From positions 2,112,001 through 2,176,000 of the forward strand of contig OY843592.1 of the NCBI GenBank assembly GCA_963692865.2: DNA of 64,000 nt, read 5' to 3'. Of the stretch, positions 56,126-64,000 are shown piece by piece. Position numbers and translations under genes: made by a program. Origin of the DNA: a bacterium. GTDB lineage: Bacteria > UBA8248. The notes under the pieces are model-generated. The model was given only the letters and a program-made list of their open reading frames with translations, searched no databases and was not told the origin of the DNA. Positions within the stretch are counted from its first letter, which is position 1. Each line of letters begins with the position of its first letter.

Positions 56126-56890
56126 TTGATACTCGACAAGTTTCGTTTGGACGGCAGGGCGGCCCTGGTGACGGGCGCGGGCACGGGCCTGGGCGCGGCG
56201 ATGGCGCTGGGGCTGGCGGAAGCGGGCGCGGACGTGGCCGTTCTCGGCAGGCGGGAGAATCTCGTGGAAGAGACCGCGCGCAGAATCGAATCCCTGGGCC
56301 GCCGCGCGCTCGCCATCGGGGCGGACGTAACGAATGCGGAAGACGCGGCCCGCGCCGTTGCGCGGACGGAAGAGGCGCTCGGAGCGGTGGACATACTTGT
56401 AAACGGAGCGGGCGTGATAAACGCCGACCCGAGCGCCGACGTGAGTCCTGAGGATTTCCGCTTCGTCCTCGACGTGAACCTGACGGGCGCTTTTCTTTGC
56501 GCGCAGGCCGCAGGTCGCGGGATGCTCGCGCGCGGTTCGGGCAGCATCGTGAACATCGGCACGTTTCTGGGGGAGCGGGGCCACAGGCCCGCGCGCGCGG
56601 CGTACAACGCGAGCAAATACGGCGTGGTGGGACTCACGAAATCGCTCGCGATGGAGTGGGGCGGGCGCGGCGTCCGCGTGAACTGCATCTGCCCGGGCGT
56701 GCACCGCACGCCGATGGTCGCAAAAGCGCTCAAATACCCTACCGACGAGGAGTGGCTCAAGGAGAAGACGATACTCGGCCGCATGGGCGAACCGGAGGAC
56801 ATCGTGGGTCTCGCGGTTTTTCTCGCGTCCGACGCCTCGGCCTACATCACGGGCGAGAGCATCTTCGAAGACGGGGGAGGGTGGCTGTAA
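56126..56890 (+). CDS. SDR family oxidoreductase
   Basis: TGAGTGLG, VNGAG, YNASK, VN.ICPG, DGG. Confidence 0.93.
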   Translation: MILDKFRLDGRAALVTGAGTGLGAAMALGLAEAGADVAVLGRRENLVEETARRIESLGRRALAIGADVTNAEDAARAVARTEEALGAVDILVNGAGVINADPSADVSPEDFRFVLDVNLTGAFLCAQAAGRGMLARGSGSIVNIGTFLGERGHRPARAAYNASKYGVVGLTKSLAMEWGGRGVRVNCICPGVHRTPMVAKALKYPTDEEWLKEKTILGRMGEPEDIVGLAVFLASDASAYITGESIFEDGGGWL

Positions 56891-56948
56891 GGCCGCGACG
56901 AAACGACGGCGGCCGGCGGCGAGGCCGCAATGGATACGGGGAGAGGGA

Positions 56949-57662
56949 ATGCCGGAATTAAGAGCGATAATCTTCGATTTCGACGGCACCATCGCGGACA
57001 GCGAGCCGCTACACCTGGCGGCGTTCCAGGCGGTGCTGTCTGAAGAGCTGGACCTGGACTTGACGGAAGAGGAATACGCCGAGCGCTACCTCGCCTTCGA
57101 CGACAGGCTGCTGTTCACCCACGTGCTCAGCGACCGCGGCGTGGCCGTCGAGGCCGACCGCTTCGAGCAGCTTCTGGAGATGAAAGAGGCGCGCTACCAG
57201 GAAATCGCCCTTGCCCCGCAGATTCTCCCCGGCGCCTCGGAGATGATTCGCGCCGCCGCCGCGCACTGGCCCCTCGCCATCGCGAGCGGGGCGCTGGGGC
57301 GCGAAGTGCGGCCCGTGCTGGAGCGGGTGGGGCTCGTCGATTGTTTCCCGATCATCGTGACGGCGGAGATGGTGAGCCGGGGGAAACCCGATCCCGAGAG
57401 TTTCCTGACGGCGCTTGCGCAGATAAACGAGGGTCTTGGCACACCGATTCCGGGCGCATCGTGCCTCGTGGTGGAGGATTCCGTCGCGGGCGTGCGCTCG
57501 GGGGGCGCCGCAGGCATGAGGACGCTCGCGGTGACGACGAGCTATCCCGCCGAAAAACTCACCGAGGCCGACCGCGTGGTGGACTCGCTGGAGGAGACGG
57601 TCGACCCCGGCGGTCTCGCGGCCTGGTTCGCCGCCCTGCCGCCCGCCTCGTCCCCGAGATAG
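56949..57662 (+). CDS. HAD family phosphatase
   Basis: FDFDGT, KPDP, EDS..G. Confidence 0.92.
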   Translation: MPELRAIIFDFDGTIADSEPLHLAAFQAVLSEELDLDLTEEEYAERYLAFDDRLLFTHVLSDRGVAVEADRFEQLLEMKEARYQEIALAPQILPGASEMIRAAAAHWPLAIASGALGREVRPVLERVGLVDCFPIIVTAEMVSRGKPDPESFLTALAQINEGLGTPIPGASCLVVEDSVAGVRSGGAAGMRTLAVTTSYPAEKLTEADRVVDSLEETVDPGGLAAWFAALPPASSPR

Positions 57663-57671
57663 GAGAGGGAG

Positions 57672-58199
57672 ATGGTCATAATGAAAGTCGCCCGCATGGG
57701 TCATCCCGTCCTGCGGGAGAAGGCGCGCGAAATCACGACCGAGGAACTCGGGAGCCCCGGCCTTCCTGACCTCATCGAGGACATGTTCGAGACGATGGTG
57801 GAATATGCGGGCGTGGGCCTCGCCGCTCCGCAGGTGCACTACGGGCTGAGGGTGTTCGTCACGCAGATCGACCCCGACGATGAGGAGACGCTGCGTTATG
57901 CCGTGAACCCGAAGCTCACGCCCTTGGGGAGCGAGGGTTGGGAGGACTGGGAGGGATGTCTCAGCGTCCCGGACATCCATGGCCGCGTGCCGCGCAACGA
58001 CCGCGTGCGCCTGGAAGCCCAGGACCTGGAGGGACGCGCCTGGGCCGAGGAGCTGGAAGGCTTCGCCGCGCGCGTCTGCCAGCACGAGTACGACCATCTG
58101 GACGGACTTATCTTTATCGACAGGATGCGCGATTTCTCGACGCTCTGCTTCGGCGAGGAATACCGCAGGTACCACGCCCCGCGTCCCAAGGAGGGGTGA
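57672..58199 (+). CDS. def: Peptide deformylase
   Basis: GVGLAAPQ, EGCLS, QHEYDHLDG. Confidence 0.96.
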   Translation: MVIMKVARMGHPVLREKAREITTEELGSPGLPDLIEDMFETMVEYAGVGLAAPQVHYGLRVFVTQIDPDDEETLRYAVNPKLTPLGSEGWEDWEGCLSVPDIHGRVPRNDRVRLEAQDLEGRAWAEELEGFAARVCQHEYDHLDGLIFIDRMRDFSTLCFGEEYRRYHAPRPKEG

Positions 58200-58284
58200 G
58201 GGGGTTAATGGCACTCGTTCGTTATCGCTGATAAATTCTAGTGTTTTGTTATAACTTCAAGTTGTGGGGAGGGAGATTAGTTGA

Positions 58285-59142
58285 ATGAAGGTTTTCATTA
58301 GTTGGTCGGGAGAGCTTAGCCACAGAGTAGCAATTGTATTACGTGATTGGTTGCCTTCTGTGATTCAGTCGCTTGAACCGTATGTTTCCTCAGAGGACAT
58401 TGATAAAGGTACTCGTTGGAGCACGGACATCTCAAAAGAGTTAGAGGATTCGTCATATGGTGTCCTTTGCATTACCAAGGACAACCTTGATGCTCCGTGG
58501 CTGAATTTTGAGGCTGGCGCGTTATCCAAATCCGTTGATAAAAGTCGAGTCTCACCGTTCCTTTTCCGCGTGAAACGCTCAGAGATACGAGGTCCTATAC
58601 TTCAATTTCAGTCAACCACCTTTGATAAGGACGATGTCAAAAAACTAATCCATAGTCTCAACAGTGCAAATGATTCCCCCATGCTCGATGAAACTCGTGT
58701 CGATCCGATATTTGATGTTTGGTGGCCTAAACTTGAAGAAAATCTTAACGAAATAAAAATTTCGGAAACAGAAGTAGAAAAAGTAGTTTCTAATGCGAAA
58801 GGGCCGGATCCATCGTCAGAGATTCTTGAGGAAGTTTTGGAGCTTCTCCGCAGCCAACATCGTCTTCTTAATTCTCCAGGTGAACTCGTTCCTCGCGGTT
58901 ATCTTGAATCAGTGTTAAACACCCAAGGGGGAATTCCACATGACCATCCTGTTTTTCGAGACATTGAAAATGCTCGACGAGAATTCGACGTAGTACTTTC
59001 CTCTTTTGATGAAGAAGATTTCATGCCAACGGCGGTGATTAAAGACCTTTGGTCGAAACTTAGTAGTCCGTTAGAATTTATGCTGCGTCGTAATCGTTCT
59101 AGGCGACATCGAACATTGTTTGAGGATTCTAGAAATGATTAG
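58285..59142 (+). CDS. TIR domain-containing protein (AT-rich, probably acquired)
   Basis: MKVFISWSG, DIDKG.RW, PWLNFEAGA (catalytic Glu region); visibly lower GC than its neighbours. Confidence 0.9.
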   Translation: MKVFISWSGELSHRVAIVLRDWLPSVIQSLEPYVSSEDIDKGTRWSTDISKELEDSSYGVLCITKDNLDAPWLNFEAGALSKSVDKSRVSPFLFRVKRSEIRGPILQFQSTTFDKDDVKKLIHSLNSANDSPMLDETRVDPIFDVWWPKLEENLNEIKISETEVEKVVSNAKGPDPSSEILEEVLELLRSQHRLLNSPGELVPRGYLESVLNTQGGIPHDHPVFRDIENARREFDVVLSSFDEEDFMPTAVIKDLWSKLSSPLEFMLRRNRSRRHRTLFEDSRND

Positions 59143-59292
59143 TTTGCAAAAGGTCCTTGGACACGGCGTTTCAACGAAGTTTCGTCACTTTAGCTTGTCG
59201 ATACAACGAACGCTTGATTGAAAGTGAGCTGTCACCCGATTCGTAGACGTTTCATGACACATCAAAAAAGATGGAAAGGTATATATTTAGAA

Positions 59293-59874
59293 ATGAAAAC
59301 AATCGCAGCAATCAGCGCCCGGTGGCGGCGTTCAGGATTTGGCGGCCGTCTCGGTTATTTGGCTCTTCTCCTGCTGCTCGGCCTCCCGGCGGCGGCGCAT
59401 GCGGCGCCGCCCGACCTCAAGACTCCGGCGCCGGTCATCTACCTGGCGGACAATCTGGACGAGCAGGATGGGCTGGGCTGGTGCATCGACACCCGCGGAC
59501 GCGGGTTCAGCGATAGGTTGCACGCGCACTCGTGCAAGCCGCGCGGCGGCGACGTGCAGTTCCGCTACGATGAGGCGGCGCGGCGGATCGCTTCGGCCAC
59601 TTTTTCGGGGAAGTGCGCCGCGCTTTTGAAGCCTGCCGCCGCAGGCGTCACCCTGGGATTATTGGATTGCGCGAAAGACGCCGAGGGCCAGGTTTTCGAC
59701 TACGACGCCGCGTCGATGGAGTTCCGCCCCGGCGCGGACCCGACGCTTTGCCTCGCCGCCGGCGCCGCAAGCAGGTCGGCCGGGCCGTTCATGTCGCGCG
59801 ACCTCGCCCTCGCGCCGTGCGCGTCCGCCGGGGCCAAGTTCAAGCAGTGGCGCATCAAGAAAGCCAAGCCCTGA
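59293..59874 (+). CDS. Secreted ricin-B (beta-trefoil) lectin-like protein
   Basis: Signal peptide ending AHA; CID..., QF, C..L..C, QVF, LCL, QW repeat pattern. Confidence 0.72.
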   Translation: MKTIAAISARWRRSGFGGRLGYLALLLLLGLPAAAHAAPPDLKTPAPVIYLADNLDEQDGLGWCIDTRGRGFSDRLHAHSCKPRGGDVQFRYDEAARRIASATFSGKCAALLKPAAAGVTLGLLDCAKDAEGQVFDYDAASMEFRPGADPTLCLAAGAASRSAGPFMSRDLALAPCASAGAKFKQWRIKKAKP

Positions 59875-59914
59875 TGGGTTGAGACGAAAGTCAAAGAGGC
59901 ATTCGCCTGTTTTC

Positions 59915-59942
59915 TTGACATATCATGATATTTCATGATAAT
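59915..59942 (+). promoter_or_regulatory. TA operon promoter with tandem palindromic operators
   Basis: TTGACA followed by TATCATGATA and TTTCATGATA (10-bp period) overlapping GATAAT. Confidence 0.65.
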
Positions 59943-59967
59943 TATGGTCTCAGATTGGAGGTGTCCC

Positions 59968-60198
59968 ATGGCGGCTAAGCCGCGAGAAAAGTTCGCAACC
60001 CAGGTGAATTCGGAGATTCTGGCCGCCGTCCGCAGCCTTGCACAGAGCGAGGGGCGGCAGCTTCAGACCCTGATAGACGAGGCGCTGGCCGATCTGATCG
60101 AGAAGCGAAAGGGGAGCAAGCCACGCCCCCACGTCATGGCGGTCTACCAGGCGAGCCATGAGAGGTTCGCGCCGCTCTACAAAAAACTCGCTGAATGA
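59968..60198 (+). CDS. Type II antitoxin (RHH-like, Doc partner)
   Basis: KFATQV...EGRQLQ.L.DEAL...LYKKLAE; ATGA overlap with the toxin; GGAGG RBS. Confidence 0.85.
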   Translation: MAAKPREKFATQVNSEILAAVRSLAQSEGRQLQTLIDEALADLIEKRKGSKPRPHVMAVYQASHERFAPLYKKLAE

Positions 60199-60578
60199 CG
60201 GACTATCTTACCGTCGTCGAAGTTCTCGCAATTTATCAGGATCAAATCGAGCGATACGGCGGAACCGGAGGCGTGCGCGATGCGGGTCTGCTCGAAGCCG
60301 CCCTGTTTCGTCCCGAGACGGGCTACTACGCCGATCTGATTGAGGAGGCTGCCGCACTCTGGGAAAGCATGGAGAGCAATCACCCGTTCATCGACGGGAA
60401 CAAGCGAACGGCTTTCGCCGTCACATATACGTTTCTCGCAATCAACGGGGTATGGATTACGGCGGACGCCGAAAGCGCTTATGCCTTCATCATCGGCCTC
60501 CATGAAACCGATTCCTTCACCTTCGAGCGGCTGAGAGACTGGCTCCGCGTAAACGTGCGGATGGATGAACTGGAGTGA
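60195..60578 (+). CDS. doc: Death-on-curing (Doc/Fic) family toxin
   Basis: GVRDAGLLE.AL.RP, NHPFIDGNKRTA. Confidence 0.92.
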   Translation: MTDYLTVVEVLAIYQDQIERYGGTGGVRDAGLLEAALFRPETGYYADLIEEAAALWESMESNHPFIDGNKRTAFAVTYTFLAINGVWITADAESAYAFIIGLHETDSFTFERLRDWLRVNVRMDELE

Positions 60579-60696
60579 ATGCGATCATCTGCACAGGTCT
60601 ATCTTCTTGGACAGGATGCGGGATTTCTCCACGCTTTGTTTCGGCGGGGAATGCCAGGCATCAGGCTCTGCGGCCCTAGACGGGATAAGGGGTTAG
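60577..60696 (+). pseudogene. Decayed duplicate of the def 3' end
   Basis: Translates ECDHLHRSIFLDRMRDFSTLCFGGE versus def EYDHLDGLIFIDRMRDFSTLCFGEE (58086-58208); similarity continues past a 2-nt gap through the stop and into GGGGTTA. Confidence 0.85.
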
Positions 60697-60812
60697 GCGC
60701 GGTAGACCTGTTCGTTTTCCTGAATTTCCCTGACATTCATGATGTGGCGGGTGAGCGCTGGGGACGGGAGTGCGCTCGAAATGCGCGTGAGGAATAAGCC
60801 GAAAAATTTGAA

Positions 60813-60899
60813 TGGTGCCCAAGGCCGGACTCGAACCGACACGGGGTTGCCCCCACTAGCCCCTCAAGCTAGCGTGTCTACCAATTCCACCACTTGGGC
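60813..60899 (-). tRNA. tRNA-Leu (GAG)
   Basis: Reverse complement GCCCAAGTGGTGGAATTGGTAGACACGCTAGCTT-GAG-GGGCTAGTGGGGGCAACCCCGTGTCGGTTCGAGTCCGGCCTTGGGCACCA, with a long variable arm. Confidence 0.97.
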
Positions 60900-61072
60900 A
60901 TGTTGTCTGGCGTTTCTTTGGAGCAACGCTCAGGCCAAGAGGCTATATAGCGTCGCGCGCGCCGCGCTGTCAACGCTCTTTCATACCTGGGCTTGAGCGG
61001 CGTTTCGCGTCCGCTCGCCGAACCGGGTTCGAGGCGTTGCGCGATGGGCCGGCCACGCTCCCACCGATGATG

Positions 61073-62575
61073 TTAACGGGAATTCGCCCTCGGGTTCATG
61101 GCGTCGCGCAGGCCCTCGCCGAAGAGGTTGAAGGCGAGCATGACGACGAGTATCGCCGAGCCCGGGATGAAGGTGAGCCAGGGGGCGTCGAAGATGTATT
61201 TCTTGCCGTCCGAGAAGATGTTCCCCCAGCTCGCCTGGGGCGGCGGGACGCCGAAGCCCAGGAAGCTCAGGCTCGCCTCGGTCAGGATCGCGCCCGCGAT
61301 GCCGATGGTGGCGGAGACCAGCACGGGCGCGAGCGAGTTGGGGATGAGATAGCGGAAGATGATGAGCCCGTCCGAGCCCCCCGAGGCGCGCGCGGACTCG
61401 ACGAAGGGCTGCTCCCTCAGCGAGAGTATCTCCGCGCGCACGAAACGCGCGGGCCCCACCCAGCCGAGGACGCCGATGACCACCATGATGATCCAGATGT
61501 TGGGCGTCACGAGCGCGAGGATGGTCAGGAGCACGAAAAACGAGGGGAACGAAAGCTGCACGTCCACGACCGTGGTGTAGATGACGTCCACCTTGGGCAG
61601 GCGGAATCTTTGAAGCAGCGAGGCGGCCTCGAATCTCCGGTAGAGATAGACGCATGCTGCCGCGCCCCCGACGCTCGTCCAAAGATGCGCCGCATGGCCC
61701 GGGTAGGCGAGGTAGAGGCCTGCGAGGAACAAGAGGAAATAGACGAGGCCCCCGCCCGCCACCGCGCTTAAGATTACGCCGTCCGCCGCGCTTTCCTCCG
61801 CGTTCCGCCCCTGCGCCCCGCCGAAGGCGGCGAGCGTGATGAGAGTGGCCGCGCCCAGGAACCCCTCGCGCCAGTAGGGCGCGCGGACTGTAAGGCCGAG
61901 GTCGGAGGTGAAGCCGCTGAACCCGAACGGCTCGAACGGGCCCAGCGCAAGCCCCAAAAGCGCGCCGAAGACCATGCCCTCCAGGAACAGGGAGCGGCCG
62001 TCGCGGCGCACCAACAGCCCCAGACCTGCGCCCGTCATGGAAAACAGGAGAGCCAGAAATCCCAGCTCGTTCCATACGGCGTAGCCGGTGAGGCCCGCCC
62101 CGATGAAGCCGAAAAGCGGCGCGCCGCTCGGCTTGATCTCTCCGTAGAAACCGGCGATTCCGCCGATGGCGACGCCCAGCAGGGTGGCGATGCCGATGGC
62201 CACGAAGCCCACCGACATCGAGATGAACGTGCCCTCCAGCATCCTGGCGAACACGTCGCGGCCCAGATCGTCGGTGCCGAACACGTATATTCCCAGACGC
62301 GGGAGGTTTTCCCTGGGCACCTGCTCCTCGTTCGGAGCGGAGAGGGGGGCCATGAGCTTGTCCGGCAGGCGCACGACGTTCGCGTCGAACACCGGCTCGC
62401 TCATGAGGGCGGAGTTGACGAAGCCGACCGCCGCCAGGGCGAAGAAGACCACCAGCACGACGCCGCCCGCCATCGCCATGCGGTTTCGCTGCAGGTGCCG
62501 CCACACGCGCCGGCCGGGGGTGAGTTCCTCCCCCATCTCCTCGATCATCTCGCGCATTTCGTGGGTTTCGTTCAC
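61073..62575 (-). CDS. Peptide ABC transporter permease OppC/DppC with a large hydrophobic insertion
   Basis: FGTDDLGRDVFAR, ARFVRAEIL...FVESARASG, EASLSFLGFG, FNLFGEGLRDA; GTG start overlapping the oppB stop. Confidence 0.88.
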   Translation of the reverse strand: MNETHEMREMIEEMGEELTPGRRVWRHLQRNRMAMAGGVVLVVFFALAAVGFVNSALMSEPVFDANVVRLPDKLMAPLSAPNEEQVPRENLPRLGIYVFGTDDLGRDVFARMLEGTFISMSVGFVAIGIATLLGVAIGGIAGFYGEIKPSGAPLFGFIGAGLTGYAVWNELGFLALLFSMTGAGLGLLVRRDGRSLFLEGMVFGALLGLALGPFEPFGFSGFTSDLGLTVRAPYWREGFLGAATLITLAAFGGAQGRNAEESAADGVILSAVAGGGLVYFLLFLAGLYLAYPGHAAHLWTSVGGAAACVYLYRRFEAASLLQRFRLPKVDVIYTTVVDVQLSFPSFFVLLTILALVTPNIWIIMVVIGVLGWVGPARFVRAEILSLREQPFVESARASGGSDGLIIFRYLIPNSLAPVLVSATIGIAGAILTEASLSFLGFGVPPPQASWGNIFSDGKKYIFDAPWLTFIPGSAILVVMLAFNLFGEGLRDAMNPRANSR

Positions 62576-63567
62576 AGGCGTATCCTCGGGTCGACGACGA
62601 CGAGCAATATGTCGGAGACGAATGTGCCGATGACGACCAGGATGGCGGAGATGAAGTTGAGACTTAATATCACCGGGTAGTCCCGCGCCAGCACGGCCTC
62701 GAAGCCCAGCCGACCCATGCCGGGCCACGCGAAGATGTTCTCGATGATGACCGAGCCGCCGATCAGCCCCGGCAGGATGAGGCCGAACATGGTGACGAAG
62801 GGAAGGGCCGCGTTCCTCAAGACGTGCACGTAGTTCACGGTGTCCTCGTCCAGCCCCTTGGAGTGGGCCGTGCGGATGAAGTCCGAGTCCACCACCTCTA
62901 TCATCTGGCCGCGCACGTAGCGCGAGAGCACGGCGATTCCGCCGATGGCGCCCACGAGGCTCGGCAGCACGAGGTGCCAGACGCGGTCGTTGATCCGGAA
63001 CAGGGGAGAGACGTCGCCCCGGCCGAAGGTCTCGATCCCCAGGACGGAGACCTCGAGGCCCGGCACGCGGTAGTCCGTGAAGGGCAGCGCGAACCCCTGG
63101 ACGACGGCGATGATGAGGATGTAGGCCAGGAAGAAGCTCGGCATCGAGATCATGAGGTAGCTCATGAAGGTGGTGGAGCGGTCGAAGGCGCTGTAGCGGC
63201 GCAGCGCGCCCGCGATCCCCAGGGGAAACGAGAGGCACCAGGTGATGATGGCGCCCACGATGAAGAGCGGCAGGCTGATCAGGAAGCGCCGCCATATCTT
63301 CCCGAAAACGGGCTGGTTGTCCTTGAGACTCGTGAGTTCGCCCGTGAAGAATTTCTTGTAGAAGCGCCAGTACTGCACCGGAAGCGGTTTGTCGAGGTCG
63401 AAGGCGGCGCGGTAGCGCGCGAGGTCTTCCTTGGTGAAGCGCGGGTTCAGGGGGTCGATCTGGCTCGGCTCGCCGGGTGCTAAATGGATGATGAGGAAAC
63501 TCACGATCGAGATGATGAACAGCGTCGCGAGCTTGAACAGGCTCGTGCGGATAACGTAGGCGCCCAC
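62572..63567 (-). CDS. Peptide ABC transporter permease OppB/DppB
   Basis: LDKPLPVQY, HLVLP, DFIRTAHSKGL, IE.IFAWPGMG, RDYP, DPRI. Confidence 0.95.
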   Translation of the reverse strand: MGAYVIRTSLFKLATLFIISIVSFLIIHLAPGEPSQIDPLNPRFTKEDLARYRAAFDLDKPLPVQYWRFYKKFFTGELTSLKDNQPVFGKIWRRFLISLPLFIVGAIITWCLSFPLGIAGALRRYSAFDRSTTFMSYLMISMPSFFLAYILIIAVVQGFALPFTDYRVPGLEVSVLGIETFGRGDVSPLFRINDRVWHLVLPSLVGAIGGIAVLSRYVRGQMIEVVDSDFIRTAHSKGLDEDTVNYVHVLRNAALPFVTMFGLILPGLIGGSVIIENIFAWPGMGRLGFEAVLARDYPVILSLNFISAILVVIGTFVSDILLVVVDPRIRL

Positions 63568-63568
63568 G

Positions 63569-64000
63569 TTAGTTCTCGAACCGGGGGATGCGGGAGAATT
63601 TCAGCCACTCGTTGAAGTCGAACGAATAGCTGCCCGTGATGGTGGGGCGGATTTTTTCGGGTTTTATTTTGCCGCTCCTGAGGCGTCTGGCGATGGCGAT
63701 TTTCCTGTCGAGCAGCGCCGTCCACTTGCTGACGTAGAGAAACGTGTAGGGCTGATCCGCCGCGATGATGCGGTGGAGGTCGTGCGCGTAGCGGACCTGT
63801 TTCGCCAGGTCGTATTCCTGGCGGATCTTGATGATGAGGTCGTCGGCCTTGGGGTTCTTGTAGCCCACGAAATTGAGTTGTCCCTTGCCGGTCTGGCTCG
63901 AGTGCCATATCTGGTAGAGGTCCGGGTCGAGGCCCATGCTCCAGCCGAGGACGACCGCGTCGAAATTGAGCTGGTTGACGTATTTCCGGATGAACACGGC
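63569..64000 (-). CDS. Peptide ABC transporter substrate-binding protein, C-terminal part (5' end outside window)
   Basis: FDAVVLGW...DPD.YQIWHS, NFVGYKNP, DQPYTFL. Confidence 0.9.
   Translation of the reverse strand, partial: AVFIRKYVNQLNFDAVVLGWSMGLDPDLYQIWHSSQTGKGQLNFVGYKNPKADDLIIKIRQEYDLAKQVRYAHDLHRIIAADQPYTFLYVSKWTALLDRKIAIARRLRSGKIKPEKIRPTITGSYSFDFNEWLKFSRIPRFEN

Noticed and set aside
59143-59255. Integron attC site after the TIR gene
   Set aside because: Only a short TCACTTT/AAAGTGA pairing; RYYYAAC and GTTRRRY boxes are imperfect and no integron integrase is present.
60813-60835. tRNA-Leu 3' end as the islet attachment site
   Set aside because: No convincing second copy of the tRNA 3' end at the far side of the islet; the def duplicate explains the boundaries better.
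62576-63295. 740-aa N-terminally extended OppC from the ORF track
   Set aside because: The extension overlaps oppB in another frame and is Arg/Pro-rich noise; a GTG at 62575 overlapping the oppB stop is the plausible start.

Overview
Bacterial chromosomal window, mostly metabolic genes. Left part: priA, ilvA-like, metX, a NUDIX-hpnC-hpnD fusion with hpnE, ilvD, a sirtuin, three tandem amidases and a siroheme/sulfite-reductase operon. Right part: a leuCD-like pair, an Sdh/Frd-like operon with a split fumarase, M16 peptidases, def and an Opp ABC transporter. There are two tRNAs (Val-CAC, Leu-GAG). The main hidden signal is UGA recoding. Four reading frames are broken by an in-frame TGA at a catalytic or redox Cys position, each followed by a SECIS-like hairpin: two DsbA/FrnE-like proteins, a DUF442/Blh-type protein (HUxxxxR), and an unannotated ~47-codon CPTU micro-protein. 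The micro-protein ends a putative operon with one Sec-DsbA and a DUF971 gene. The more GC-rich right part (about 37.5-56 kb) is dense in REP hairpins and nested MITE-like elements, including a 723-bp higher-order tandem array. A TIR + lectin + Doc toxin-antitoxin islet is bracketed by a synonymously diverged, decayed copy of the def 3' end. No CRISPR array, rRNA, intact transposase/integrase or sel genes were seen. Family assignments come from motif recognition only; no database was searched.
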